A stretch of DNA of 64,000 nt from Podarcis melisellensis (Eukaryota), in assembly GCA_964234715.1 (NCBI GenBank), contig OZ174279.1, one strand, 5' to 3'. Position numbers and translations under genes: made by a program. Below the pieces are notes generated by a model, which was not told the DNA's origin, did no database searches, and saw only the letters and a program-made list of their open reading frames with translations. This document shows positions 48,773-63,243 of this stretch, piece by piece (position 1 is the stretch's first letter; the number at the start of each line of letters is the position of its first letter).

Positions 48773-50874
48773 CATTTTAATCATTCTCTATATACATACC
48801 TTGCTTTGCATGAAATCTGTGTGTGTCAATTATCAATTCTTGCATTAGCCTGCCCTCTTGTGGTATTCTTAGCTTCAGAACTGACAACTCATCTGGCAAT
48901 TAGGTTATATCCTGATACACTTTAAAATCAACATTTATTCTTCTTTCTCCAAAAGCTCCAGGCCAAATTTTCACTGACTTTATAGCCCTTCTAGCAGGTG
49001 AACTGATTAACAAACTCAGCACTAATACAGATGTCTTTCCACCTGAGCTTCAGGTGGCCTCTCCATCTTCCTGCATTTGCATGTTTGTTGGTTTTGGTTT
49101 GTAGTCATAACTACCTTTTCAATAGTTAGTAAAACTGCTTGGGAGCAGGGGTGAACATGTCACATCACAGAGGGTCAGTCAGCCAGTGTCCTGTGCAATT
49201 GGCTTATGTTGCAAATAGGAAAAATCAGATTTCTGGGATTTGGTCCTGAAGAGAAGACTACAGTTCCTCTTCTGGTGTCCCACTCATGTGATGACAAAAG
49301 TGGGGAGAGATCGCAGCAGTCCCCACTCATAGAATAATATGTGCACATAGTCCTCTATTGCATGAATGGCAAATATGCCACTGACTGGGCACCTGTTCAC
49401 TTATACAAAACCACCTGTACCTTCAGGTGTTTGCATGGGGCCTCCTGTCAGAATCAGTACATGAAAGGAAAGGATCCATAGGGTCATTAATCTTGTGAGC
49501 AGAGCCCCTGAAGGGGGTGGTACATATGTGTGGAATATGGCAAGTGGAATTTCTCAGTGGGGTTAATAACTCAAAGTTGTGTATGTCATGCGCAGCCTAA
49601 GCCTTCAAAAAGAACACTCTTTTTTTTGTTCTCATAGTAGATGTGTTACTCTCTTGCAGAAAGGGAGGAGCAAATATCCCCATTTCCTTCTGCAATAGCA
49701 TTTATCTTCTTAATCTTGGTAGAACTGATTTTTTCTTTTGTTTCAAACCCATGACGATAAAGTACATAGTATCTCAGACATTTAAAAACAACGAATAAAG
49801 TATCTAAAGCTACTTTTGAATATCATTCACTAGCCAACTACCAGACTGTGGAATGTGACTAAAATAGATTTGTTCCTGTCCTGCATTTGCCAACACAGGT
49901 AGGTGGATTAAATTATCCTCTAACTAGCAAGACCAAGGAGCTTTCCAATAGGTCAGAAAAGGTTGCTAAGAGAGTAGGAAGCTGTCCATCTATAGAGTCA
50001 CATGGAGCTGAGACAGATAAGATGGTAACCAGGATTGTCTATGCACCACTTGCATTAGTTCTGGCCCCCCAACTAACCCTGCCCCTCAACTCCTTCCTGG
50101 AACATCAGCTGGGCCCTGATCAAGACAATGTGTTTGGCCATTGCCCTCTTTCCCAAAGGTCTTGTTCCTTGTGGTCTAAGACTCTGCTTGAGCACCCTTT
50201 CATCTCTTTTCTCAGGATTGTGGGGATAATTTGGGGATGAGAGGTGGAACCAACCAGAATGCATTTGCCCCCTAAAATCTGGAATCCCTACAAGTGTGGC
50301 ACTTTCCTTGGTGGCATATGAGGAGGTTTATGAGTCTCCACTGGCCCCCTCTTGATTCCCATATAGGAATTAGGGTCAACAATGGGACCCTCCTCTGAAC
50401 AGGAAGATCTTTCCTGGATTTAGTTGTAGTTCCTGTAGGGCAGAGGTGGAAAATTTTTTCAGCCTCTTGAGCAACCTTGCAAGGGCCGTATGCTAGTAGT
50501 GGCTGGGGCCATAGGCAAAAATGGGACAGATATGGCTCTTACATTTATACAACAGGTTGTACATTCCCAAGGCAGAGGTTTCCATGTACACTCACAACTC
50601 TCCATACAAGCAAGCAAGAGGCTCAATGACACATTCCAAGCAGGAAGCCAGCATAGCTCAAGGACACACTCCAGCTGGGCCAAAGCTGGTAAGGGATTAG
50701 GGGAAGAGGATGTGACATAAGAAGTGGGTGGGGCCTAAGGAAAATCCTGGGATTCAGACAGAAAGTTTTAGAGGATGATGCTGGCCCCCCAGGCCTGAAA
50801 TTCCCCACCCCTTTAATAGAGCATTACCATTTTGCTGTCATCAAAGTTGGTGGTAACACCAAAATTGCCCTTTA

Positions 50875-51116
50875 CAGTGGTACCTCTGGTTACGTACTTT
50901 ATTCGTTCCAGCAGTCCGTTCTTAACCTGAAACAGTTCTTAACCTGAAGCACCACTTCAGCTAATGGGGCCTCCCGCTACTGCCACGCTGCAGCCACATG
51001 ATTTCTGTTCTCATCCTGAAGCAAAGTTCTTAATCCGAGGTAATATTTCTGGGTTAGCGGAGTCTGTAACCTGAAGAGTATGTAACCTGAAGCATATGTA
51101 ACCCGAGGTACCACTG
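50875..51116. mobile_element. Tc1/mariner MITE
   Basis: TIR CAGTGGTACCTC.GGTTAC, TA TSD, subterminal TAACCTGAAG repeats. Confidence 0.92.
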
Positions 51117-51199
51117 TACTTTTTGCTTTTGCTTTTGCTTTTGATCAATTTTATCTGTTTCCATTTTATCTTAAGTTGTTTTGAGTTTTGTTTTTTATA

Positions 51200-51248
<49 letters not shown>

Positions 51249-52612
51249 TTATACCCCGCCCATCTGGCTGGGTTTCCCCAGCCACTCTGGGCGGCTTCCA
51301 ACAAAACACTAAAATACAATAACCTATTAAACATTAAAAGCTTCCTTAAACAGGGCTGCCTTCAGATGTCTTCTAAAAGTCTGGTAGTTATTTTTCTCTT
51401 TGACATCTGGTGGGAGGGCTTTCCACAGGGCGGGCGCCACTACCGAGAAGGCCCTCTGCCTGGTTCCCTGTAACTTGGCTTCTCGCAGCGAGGGAACCGC
51501 CAGAAGGCTCTCAGTGCTGGACCTCAGTGTCCGGGCAGAACGATGGAGGTGGAGACACTCCTTCAGGTATACTGGACCGAGGCCGTTTAGGGCTTTAAAG
51601 GTCAGCACCAACACTTTGAATTGTGCTCGGAAACATACTGGGAGCCAGTGTAGGTCTTTCAAGACCGGTGTTATGTGGTCTCGACGGCTGCTCTCAGTCA
51701 CCAGTCTAGCTGCCGCATTCTGGATTAGTTGTAGTTTCTGGGTCACCTTCAAAGGTAGCCCCACATAGAGTGCATTGCAGTAGTCCAAGCGAGAGATAAC
51801 CAGAGCATGCACCACTCTGGTGAGACAGTCCGCAGGCAGATAGGGTCTCAGCCTGTGTACGAGATGGAGCTGATAAACAGCGGCCCTGGACACCGAATTG
51901 ACCTGTGCCTCCATGGACAGCTGTGAGTCCAGAATGACTCCCAGGCTGCGCACCTGGTCCTTCAGGGGCACAGTTACCCCATTCAGGACCAGGGAGTCCT
52001 CCACACCTACCTGCCTCCCGTCCCTCAAAAACAGCACTTCTGTCTTGTCAGGATTCAACCTCAAGCTGTTGGCTGCCATCCATCCTCCAACCGCCTCCAG
52101 ACACTCACACGGGACCTTCACCGCCTTCACTGGTTCCGATTTGAAAGAGAGGTAGAGCTGGGTATCATCCGCATACTGATGAACACCCAGCCCAAACCCC
52201 ATGATGATCTCTCCCAGCAGCTGCATGTAGGTGTTGAAAAGCATGGGGGAGAGGACAGAACCCTGAGGCACCCCACAAGTGAGAGCCCAGGGGTCGGAAC
52301 ACTCATCCCCCCACCACTTTCTGGACATGGCTCAGGAGGAAGGAGCGGAACCACTGTATAACAGTGCCCTCAGCTCCCAGCCCCTCAAGACGGTCCAGAA
52401 GGATGTTATGGTTGATGGTGTCAAAAGCCGCTGAGAGATCCAGCAGAACTAGGAAACAGATCTCACCTTTGTCCCTAGCCCACTGAAGATCATTGACCAG
52501 TGCGACCAAGGCAGTTTCAATCCCATGATGAGGCCTGAATACCGACTGGAAGGGATCCAAATGGTCCGGTTCTTCCAGGCGTGCCCAGAGTTGTTCAGCA
52601 ACCACTCGCTCC
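51200..52612 (-). mobile_element. L2-clade LINE, 5'-truncated, RT domain, with (ATT)15 tail
   Basis: LDPFQS.FRP, LLDLSAAFDT, GVPQGSVLSP, YADDTQ, LHWLP motifs. One frameshift at ~52320. Confidence 0.93.
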
Positions 52613-54148
52613 TTTCCCCACCTTTCCCAAGAATGGAAAATTTGAGACTAACAAATGTAATAAATAATAATAGCTCATATGATCTTCTTTTTCTCAGTAA
52701 TAAAAAATAAAACATCAGACCTGTTATCATTACAGGTACACACTTGTAACAGGCCTGTATCTATAGCTTTTCAAAAGTAGCTGTCGTGTTGAAGAGAGGA
52801 GAAGCCTATTTATTTATAAACTACATCTAATACATAATAAAACCATGTGAAATATTGTTAATTATCTCCCCTCCCCCATGGTTTCCGAAATGTGAGGAGA
52901 AAGTGACTTTTTGGTCTCACTCATCTACTGAAATACAGAGTGCATCCACTGAAGTCTCAGCGGAGTTAATTCCCTCTTCAAATTAAATTTAGCTTTATCC
53001 AATAAAGAGTTTTCCAAGGAATATTCTCTTTCTATATCAGGATGTTGGTTAACATTGGCCAAAGAGGTTAGGTCTTTTTGTATAAATAATATGTCCCTGG
53101 GGCATTGCTTACATTCCAGTTTAGTACCGTGCCATCAACATAGTACCCAGAAGCCTCTGTAATTGGATGAATTGAGCAGTTTTGTAACACCAAGCACTTA
53201 ATCTGGTTTGATCTATGCACATAAACATAGCCTTGGAAGTTGCATATGATTTAATTTGAGCAGGAAATTAAATAGACACAAAGAGCTCATCCTTTCTGGG
53301 AGTGCTACAGTCACTTCTCAACATCATCAGCATAATGACGTGAGCGCTGCTTTTCTGTTGCTGAAGATCCCTGAACAGAGCCCTTCTAGCCACTTCTCAA
53401 TATGTGCAGAAAAGCCTGAATTGTGGCCATACTGACTTCCAAACAGCAAGTAAAAGATCCAATATTAAATATTAGTTCCTATTAAACAGAATCAGATACC
53501 AAATGTCAAGTGTCAATAATCAAACCCTGACAACATTTTTTTAAAAAAACCTGATGGCCATTATAAAATTACTTTAGGCTATATATGAATCTCTGAGAAT
53601 ACTGGAAAAGTTGTTTGGTATCCTGGTGGTGCTAATCAGAGAAACTTGAAAACCAGATCTCAGTTTGGGAATATTCTACAGCCTACAGCATGCTCCCCTT
53701 CTCCCTCCTCTCCACGTGAGTAAAATATCACAGCTCCTCATGAGCCTCAAGCAATTTTTCACTCTATTTTCTCTGCATGGAAAAGGATGCCCCCTTGCTC
53801 TCCACTGTCAAAGCATCTGCACTGGGGATTGCCACAAAATCTAGGGAAATCTGAAGATTGAAGTCCCAGGTGACAGTATGGATAAGATATACAGTAATTT
53901 GCGCACCCTGGGACCTTTGGGTGAATGATAGATTATAAATACTTTTAAGAAACCAAATCAAATTAAATAATTAAATTCAGCTGCTGGGCATGGAAGCCAT
54001 TTTTAAGTTTCCACTCAACTAGCAAATTGCAGGAAAAAAGTTGGGCTCCACATATTCTTGGTGGCCACAGTGTTATCAAAATAGGAGCAAACGGAAAGTG
54101 CCCAATAAACTCATCCTTTCATACAAAGTCTGCTGTGAGCCAAGATAT

Positions 54149-54275
54149 CAGTGAAAAACTGAGGCATTTCCCCTCAGGGGCGCAAATCCATGGGTTAGGG
54201 GGCGCAAATCCATGGGTTAGGGGGCGCAAATTACTTGCCTTGCCCCGGGTACTGACAACCCACACTACGCCACTG
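54149..54275. mobile_element. hAT-like element remnant with a 22-bp tandem repeat
   Basis: GGGGCGCAAATCCATGGGTTAG x2.5. CTACGCCACTG terminus. No matching TSD. Confidence 0.55.
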
Positions 54276-55260
54276 TGTCAGAGCCTGAGATCTCCTGAGA
54301 ATAGCTTTTTCCTTAGAATGTGGGAAGCCAGCAGATTGACCATTGAATTTCGCAGGGTGACAAGGCCACTACTCTCAAATGTATTGGCTCTATCATTGAG
54401 CTTTGCTTTGACAAATAACAACAGGAGTGATTCTCCATGTTTTTAGCCTTTTAATGTTTTTTTCCTCTTTTAATTAAAAATGGATCAAAATGTTCAAAAG
54501 CATGGTTGAGTTAAAGTCAATAGTCAATATAAACAGAAGTCATTTCCCTTCTCTTAAAACATCTTTGGCACATGCCATGAAAGTGTAATTTACTGAAATG
54601 TAACTTGTGTACCTTTTCTTTTTTTAAAAAAAAAGAAGCACTGCAAATGCATAGCAAATAGGTATTTTAAAAATGAAGAGCAGAGCAGCTGCCCCCATGA
54701 ATCTGAGAAAATTGTAATAACTTTGCTTACTACAGGAAGAACTTGGATTTTACATACAATATAAAAGTGTTCTGTGTAAAAGAGCTTTGTGGTGCCATTA
54801 GTAACATGTGCTTAGCATTTACCATGGCAACTGCTACTTCAGTAACAAGGAGCAAGCTGAGATCTCCTAGAATTTAGCACACAATTTCCTATATGCCTGT
54901 AATGTGTAACTAACAGCTAACTGAATTTTGTACTATACACAAAGGAGAAAAATCAGTTTCTAATGAGCTGGAATGTTTTGTAGGCTAAGAGACAGTCCTT
55001 CAAAATCAGGTATGTTCCTGAAAGGACCAGCTGCTCACCTTGCCACTGTGGAAAACCGGCTTTTGCACATCCTTTCCCAACTTGGTACCCTACAAATGTT
55101 TTGGACTCCAACTCCCATCAGCCCCACTGAGCCTGCCCAATGGCCAGAGATGATGGGAGTTGTAGCTCAGCAATATCTAGAGAGCACCAGGTTGGGGAAG
55201 GTTACCTTAGAGCACGGTTAGCCAATGGGATGTCATCCAGAGAAGGAGCATAGCTCTTAA

Positions 55261-55938
55261 GGGGGAAGGCTATAGCTCTGAAGTAAGCGCATCTCTTATG
55301 CATGCAAAAAGTCCCAGGTTCAATGTAATTTCGTTGTCAATATTTGTTTTTAAAAGCATTACTAGTTTTATCTGTGCTTTATTGATGACTGCTTTATGTA
55401 ATCGATGACTGCTTTATTGATGACTGCTTTATGTAAAACAATTTTGTGGATTTTAGCTGTGTTTTATCAATAATTCTATTATGCACATCACTTGGAGAGT
55501 TTTGTGATTAAGTGGTTTATGAATCTAAATAAGCAAAAATAAATCCCTAGCATGCTTAAGTGAAGGCTGGAAAAGACTCCTGCCTCAGACCCTAGAGCAG
55601 GGGTAGGCAACCTAAGGCCTGGGGGCTGGATGCGGCCCAATCGCCTTCTCAATCCAGCCTGCGGATGGTCCAGGAATCAGCATGTTCTTCCATGAGTAGA
55701 ATGTGTGCTTTTATTTAAAATGCATCTCTGGGTTATTTGTAGGCATAGGAATTTGTTCATTATTATTATTTTCAAAATCTAGTCCTGCCCATCACATGCT
55801 TTGAGAGACGGTGGACTGGCCCATAGCTGAAAAAAGTTGCTGACCCCTGCCCTAGAGGGCCATTGCCAGTCAGGGTCAACAGTATAGAGTTAGAGAGTTC
55901 ATTGGTCTGACTTACTGTAAGGCAGCTTCCTATGTTCA
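55261..55938 (+). mobile_element. Squam3-like tRNA SINE split by two later insertions
   Basis: Head to GTCCCAGGTTCAAT (55324), resumes CCCTAGCAT (~55544), ends AAGGCAGCTTCCTATGTTC. Confidence 0.7.
55598..55849. mobile_element. hAT (Charlie-like) MITE
   Basis: TIR CAGGGGTAGGCAAC/GTTGCTGACCCCTG. Perfect 8-bp TSD CCCTAGAG. Confidence 0.9.
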
Positions 55939-56288
55939 GATCTTGTTGGACTACAACTTCCATCAAAACCCCAAACTCATAATTCCTTTGTCCCCAAATA
56001 GAGGAGAAAATGCCAGTTTTGCAGAATAGAATTTTCTTTGTTGCTTACCTCAGCTGGGGGCGGGGTCTATCACTAAATCTATTTTGCCACTTGCAAATAG
56101 GTTGGGGGATTTGGAGAGGCAATTTTTTTTTTGCTCAGAGCTGCAGAAGTAGTAGTCTGAAGAGGTGGCTTTGCATGGGATGGTTGATCATGTAACAGCT
56201 TGCTTGCGGTCATTTCTCTCACAGCACAAGCCTAGGCATATCTACTCTGATGTAGTATGATGATATTTACTCAAAGCTAAATGTTATA

Positions 56289-56657
56289 GGCGACTTGGGT
56301 GGCGCTGTGGTCTAAACTTCAGAGCCTAGGGCTTGCCGATCGGAAGGTTGGCGATTTAAATCCCCGCGATGGAGTGATCTCCCCTTGCTCGGTCCCAGCT
56401 CCTGCGAACTTAGCAGTTTGAAAGTTCATCAAAGTGCAAGTAGATAAATAGGTACTGCTCTGGCAGGAAGGTAATCGGTGTTTCCGTGTGCTGCTCTGGT
56501 TTCACCAGAAGCAGCTTAGTCATGCTGGCCACATGACCCGGAAAAACTGTCTGCGGACAAACATCGGCTCGCTCGGCCAGTAAAGCGAGATGAGCGCTGC
56601 AACACCAGAGTCGTTCGCGAATGGACTTAACTGTCAGGGGTCCTTTATCTTTACCTT
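56289..56657 (+). mobile_element. Sauria SINE
   Basis: Aligns to the 27496 copy. CCTTTA-type tail. Degraded TSD. Confidence 0.92.
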
Positions 56658-59600
56658 TAAATTTTACAAGGTTACAACCTCAATCTCTCTATTTCCTACA
56701 TGTGTCTACACCTGCAATAAAGAATATCTAATGCTGTAGGTATCCGTTATACCGGAATGCCTTTCCCCACACTAACTTCAATACTGTATGTTTCTAACTT
56801 GTACATAAATGAAAACTTTTGTTCCTCTGGGTTAAGAACAGCAAACTTTTTAAACTGGTGGAAATAAAAGCAATGGTGCCCTCTAGTGATTTGCCAAGCA
56901 CTGAGCAGAGCTGTGTAATAATGCATCCTAGGGAATTTAATCTAGGACCATAAATGGATTAGAATTTACTGATTTGTTGCATAACAGATAGCAGTACTGT
57001 GCAATTCTCACTGCACTGTATCTTTCATAAATTGCAAAATATCATTGTGATCTGTCAAATTACAATCTGTCTATATCACAGTCCTGGTTATTCAAATCAG
57101 TTCTGAGAACACTTACAAGTATTAATCTGAAAGATTCCCCCCCCCTCCAAATCTATATATGAAAGGTATTTCACTCCTCATAAATTAAATAAGATATATC
57201 AGCTGAATCTATTTTGTTGGAGATGCAGGAAATTAAAAGCGGATTATATCACATTTTCTGGAGGTGCATCAAAATAAGAAATTTCTAGGGCAAAGTCCTT
57301 AACACAATACAAAGAATAGACCATATCAAGAAATCCAAAATATTTACTTTTTTGTTTCCTAAAAACAAAAACAAGAGACATAGACTTGCAGCTTGTTACC
57401 AGCTTACTTCTGAGAGCTAAGATATGTATCGCACAATTATGGAAAGAAGAAAGACCCCATACATTTAGAGAGTGGATACAGAAGTCCTGGGAAACTGTTT
57501 TGTTAACTAAATCTATCTACCAAAGGAAATAATCAATTAAGCAACAAGAAGATAAATACATGAAAAATAGGCACTTAAGAAAAAATACTGGACCACAGAA
57601 ACAATCTAAAACAATTGTGCTTATGTGGAAATCAGAAGTTGTTCCTGCACTATAAAAAATCATTGTGTGTTAATTTGGGCCTGGCCTCCTCCATCCCAAT
57701 CCTAAATACTGTACACATGATTTTTAAAGGAGTTTCTGTTCATGTGTACACATACATAAATTGGAAGAGGAGAAGTAGTAAAATTATATACAGGAAAGTT
57801 GATGGAATTTCAAAGATTCTTAACATAATGATTATTATTTGATTATATTTCATAACTCCAATGTAAACTATATCCAATTCAAATACGCTTGTATGAGATT
57901 ATTTGCAAACCCTATAATTAATGTTTCTTGACTGCACTAGTTTGATTCACTTTCATAATTATCCTAGATGCTTCATAATAATTAAGTATTTAGAATAAGC
58001 GGCATATGTAAAATTAAGAGGGTTCATTCCAGAGATTTTGACACCCCTGTAGTGAATGAGACAGTGAGCTGGGTTGCCAAATCTGCTTCTCTAGCCAGCT
58101 GGTGGGCTGGACTACAATTTAGATTCCTTGTAGTTATTTAACAAGGTTGGCAATGATGCGGGAGGGACTTTTTTCTTCAGCACATTGAAGATTTCCTGCC
58201 CTCAATGAGGATCAGAGAAAACTAGGAAATGATGGCCTTTAAAGATGAAGCCCAGAGCTACGAAATAAAAAGGACCAAGTGGATCAAGATATTGGCAAAT
58301 CCACATGCCCTGATTATTCCTCATCAAAAATGCCTCCCTCATTCCCTAGTCCAGTTGATTCCCACCCCTCTCCTGACTAAAACCCATTCAAATACTTTAC
58401 ATTCCCTAACAGTGATGATGGCAATTTTAGTTCTCCTGTTGTGCACCTTTCCCTGTTGTCTACCTTTTTGGAGCAGACAAAACAGCACACACTACAGAAT
58501 ACACAAGACTAGCTCATTGGGATCAGGCCAATAGCCCATCTAATCCATTACTCTGCTCCCAGAGTGGTCAACCAGGTGCCTATGGGATAATGGGAAGCCT
58601 GCAAGCAGGACCAGGGTTACTGTCATTCCCAGCAGCTGGCATTCAGGCAAACTGCCTCCAACAGTGGCGGCAGAATATCATGCAACTGTGGTCCATGAAC
58701 CCCTTCATTCAGAGGGTCCATGGCATGCCCCTTAAAATACAATTGAAAATTGTACAGCAACTTGCTACAACAGGCAGTAGTGTTGAGTGTCTGCCAAGAA
58801 TCTCGGCAATTTTCAAGTGGTCTGTAGAGGAAAGTTTGGGAAACACTGGGTCAGACCATGCTTATTGCAAAAAGATCTCTGTTGCGGCAAGGCATGCTGG
58901 GATGAAGGAGCAACAGCTGTTTTCCCTCTTGAAATATAAAAGCCAGCAGCAATTTGGCTTTGCCACTAGCATTAACCAGAGCCCAGCAGAGAAGAGAAGC
59001 AAAGAAAAATGGAGAGATCTTTATATTAGCAGATCTGAAGTTTAATTTTAGGTGATGCACAAGGCACAGAATCTATTGAAGCCAATTCAGGTAGTGATGG
59101 GTGCTGGGCATGTTGTTTTTTCCCCTCTGGGACAAAGGTCTGTCATTAGGCAATAAATTGAAAGGTGGTGGTCTTAAACTTTTGGAGTAGCTGCTTTTGA
59201 TATTCTCTAGTATTCAAAATGTAGCCATGGTGCATATTTGTTTATTTATTTACTGTCTTTATAAATGGAGCTCAGGGTAGTTAAAGTCACGGTATACACT
59301 CATAAGTGCAGATGTAGCGTATAGGCAATGTACCTTTTGCAATTGCCACATAACATCATTTCCTGGCCAATCCTTCAGTGTAGCAGCACCGATGTTCTGC
59401 AGCTCCCTGGCTGTTAGGATTAGGCAGGTGCCTTCATTGTATTGTTTTCCATGTCTGCTAAAAAGGTTTTTAAAGGCAAGCCTATCCGAGACACATAATT
59501 TATGATGCCGTAATAGCAGGATTTCCAATTGTGCCTTTAAGGTATGTCTTTTAATTACAGGCTGCCTTGTTGCGCCACAGTCCTGTAGAAAATAACAGAT

Positions 59601-60489
59601 GCCCCATATTTGCACAGAACAATCCAATGCCACAGATTCATAGAAAAAGCCCTTTGTTGTTGTTGCTTTCCAAAATTCTGATCTTGTACGCTGCAGGATC
59701 CCAATGGCTTCTAGCAGCTTTCAGCTCAGCGGTCTATTAAACCCCCACCAAGTTGACTTGTGTATGAATCATTTTAAGCACCATTATGTTGATACAGCAC
59801 AAGGACAAGGCAGCTATTTCATAAAATGTTAATGTTTCAAAGGCAAGCCTGGATAGGGGCTAGAGGAGCTTGTCACTATTGAAAATAACGATTACCATCA
59901 GCCTAGGGCAGGGAAGTTTCACACCCAAGAGCCATACTGGAAACTTAGTTACTTATCATCATCAGAAGAGGCCATGGCAAGATTGCCACTTTTTGTTAAC
60001 GTACCAGGGAAATCTCCCAGTGCATCTCTTGCTAGCTGAGCCCTCCAGCTGGGAGGATAAAAGGGGGCTGATCTTGCCAAGCCAAATTTATGCTTGCTCT
60101 TATACAATATCAGGAGCTCATATTGCATCCATTAATTCCTTTTCAGCATCTCTGGACTGCTTTTCAGAGAAAAACCCAGCTGACATAGAACATAAAACAT
60201 TGCACGACTACATCCTGTTCCACTGCAATGCAGCCATGTTAAACAGCAGTTTCAAACATCTCACAATCCAGTCCAACACCCACATAAAGCTAACTAAGCC
60301 ACGGGGAAACCATTTTATGCCAAGCGTGCAGAGTCCTTGTCAGACATGTTCAGTCTGAAGAGGCTTCTAGATGTGCTGATTGCGCTCAAAAATCCTAGCC
60401 ATCCAGAATCCTGTGTGATCATGGTTCATGATTATGAGGAGGTTTTTGCATGTATTAAACCAAAGCGATATTGAGACATTTGCATGTAA

Positions 60490-60798
60490 TGTAAGACAAA
60501 CCCTCATGTTGGGGTCAGGACTTGCAGGCACAGTCCCTTCTCCCCTCCACGTTTTAAACCACTGGCAAACTGGCCCAGTTCTTCCTGAGATCTAGTGTGT
60601 TTTGTGTTTCTGGTCTTGGTCTTCAGTCCTGACTTGTTCAGTTCTGCCTCCTCAGGTTGTGTTTTCTCTTTGGTCCCTACTCCTGGCTCGTTCTACCAAG
60701 CCTGCCTTGGGTTTCCATTCTGTTCTGGATTGCTCTTTAGTCCTGACTCCTAGTTCCCAGTTACGGGCTCAATCCAGACCACTGTCCATGCCTTGACA
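60490..60798 (+). mobile_element. Possible old solo LTR
   Basis: TGTAAG...CTTGACA termini, TTTTAAA box and pyrimidine-rich 3' part. No TSD found. Confidence 0.35.
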
Positions 60799-62108
60799 CT
60801 TTATTTGTATGTTCTAAGCACAGGAATACAGGGAGCTGCCTTATATGGAGTCAAACCATGGGTCAACCTAGTTCAGCAATGCCATTACTGACTGGAAGCA
60901 GCTCTCCGGGGTTTCAGACAACAAGCAGAACTTCCCAGGGATTGGACTTGGGAACTTATGTTCTACCACTGAGCTATTGGTCTTTCCCTTATATCAGATC
61001 AATAGACAACAGAGATACCATTAAAATAAAAAGAAACTATACAGGGATACATAGGGCATCAAACCATTTCCTGCCATGGTTTGAAACAAAGGACAGCTGA
61101 TCAGAACACAGTTGTTCTTTGAAGATCCTCACTGTGTGTGTTTTGCGCTCAGTTATGAAACTCTACAGGCTCACAATTTGTTGGTTGGTTGGTTAGTAGC
61201 CCACAAAAGCTTACATCATAATTAATGTGTTAGTGTTTAGATACCACAATAGGTATTTTGTGTTGCCTTATTTCATGTGTTATTTTCTGGGAGTAGGGGG
61301 CCCTATTTTGGAAATTGCACCAGCCCCCCCCCTTTAATCTAAATCATAGTTAAAAGTAGACCCAGTGAGATCAATTTACTTTAGTGGACCTATTCTGTTT
61401 TAGTTGGGTGCAACCAATAGAATATAAACTAATATGGTACATGGCAATTCAGCAATTTTCAGTACTCATGGCTGTAGTGTAGATCCACCCTTTTTTGTGA
61501 CAAAAATGCCCTTTATTTAAGTTGAAGAGTCCAGAGAATATCAAAACAGCAACCTCCTTTCCACCATACAGATCTAAACTTACTTGAAATAATTTCAGAA
61601 AGTCAAAAAAAAAAGAGTTTGAAGTAACAGAGAAGAAACTCCTCTGTTTTGCGAACTTATTGCAAAGAACAGTGTTATCCATGAACACAAGGTGGCAGCA
61701 CAGCACTAGCTTTTCCTCTTTTGAATCTATTATTTCAAAGGCCAGCAGAAAAAGAAAGTGCTTTCACTAGGGACAGACAATGTTCAGGGTAACGTTAAAC
61801 ACATGTACGTGCTCAATCTGCACAAGGTATCTAATGTAAATTGCTTTCTTGCAAAGAGCTTAGTGTCTTCTTATACACACACAAAAAATGCCTCTGGCTT
61901 AGTTGGGAAACTTGGTTAATTCTTGGCAAGGTGACAGATGCATAGCTTGAAGGAACTTCTTTGTTTATCTTGAGATTATTAGGTTGAAAAAAGACATGCC
62001 GGAGCCCTGGGATCAACAGGCAACAATGCCTTGTTTTCTACATAAATATAAAAGTCAGTTTGTCTTGGTTCAAGGCTAATTTTTTCTTTGTGGAATGATT
62101 ATACTCTG

Positions 62109-63243
62109 AAAAGCAAAGGCGGTGAAAAAACTTAATATGGATACTAATTGGCCAAAATATTGTGAAATCCTAGAACAAGATGGTGAGAAGTTTAAACTTC
62201 AGAGTTATGAGAAACTAAAGTTCAAAGTTCGAGATTGGCTACATTACCGTCAGATAAATGAGACATTTAAGCAGGACAGGAAAATAGGATTTCAGAAGGA
62301 GAGGTCAAAGTTAGAAACAGAACTGTTAGAACCCAATACTAAGAATTTGTCTAGAATGTATAACCTGCTGTTGAAATGGAATACACAAGATGAAACGGTG
62401 AAATCAGCTATGATTAAATGGGCACAGGGTATCGGTCATGACATTATGTTTGCTGACTGGGAACAGTTATGGACCACTGGTGTTAAATTCACGGCATGTA
62501 ATGCCTTAAAAGAGAACATAATGAAAATGATTTACAGGTGGTACATGACCCCAGTCAAGCTTGCAAAAATTTACCATTTGCCCAATAATAAATGTTGGAA
62601 ATGTAATGAGACGGAAGGTACCTTCTACCACCTTTGGTGGACCTGCCCAAAGATTAAAGCCTTCTGGGAAATGATCTATAATGAAATTAAGAAGGTCCTT
62701 AAATGGACTTTTCCTAAGAAACCTGAGGCTTTTCTCCTGGGCATGGTTGGCCAACTGGTGCCAAAGAAGGATAGGACTTTTTTTATGTACGCTACCACAG
62801 CAGCAAGAATTCTTCTGGCAAAGTATTGGAAGATGCAAGAACTACCTACTCTGGAAGAATGGCAGACAAAGGTGACAGACTTCATGGGACTAGCAGAAAT
62901 GACCAGCAGAATCCGAGACCAGGGGAAAGAGACAGTGGAAGAGGACTGGAAGAAGTTTAAATTATATCTTTAAAACTGTTGTAAAATAGAGGAGTGTTGA
63001 AATGTCAAGGGGTAAGAAATAGAGAAATACAGCGGTAATTATTAAGTTTAAAGAAATTTAGTGAAAGGGAAACAGTAGATAAACTGATTAAACGGTTGCT
63101 AAAGAACTTCGGAATAAGGATGCAGCGAAAGGAAGGTATGGGGAAGTCGGTATATGTTTAATGTTGGGTATGTTTTTGTTTTGTAATGTGTATGTCTTTT
63201 ATTATGTGTTTGGAAAATCAATAAAAAAATTTATTAAAAAAAA
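62109..63243 (+). mobile_element. L1-clade LINE, 5'-truncated (ORF2 C-terminus, 3' UTR, poly-A)
   Basis: ORF 62122-62973 with CWKC-x7-H-x4-C knuckle. AATAAA and A-rich tail. Perfect 17-bp TSD GGAATGATTATACTCTG. Confidence 0.92.

Noticed and set aside
49279-49389. C/D-box snoRNA candidate (GTGATGA...CTGA)
   Set aside because: Weak, offset terminal stem and no recognisable rRNA guide. Such boxes occur by chance.
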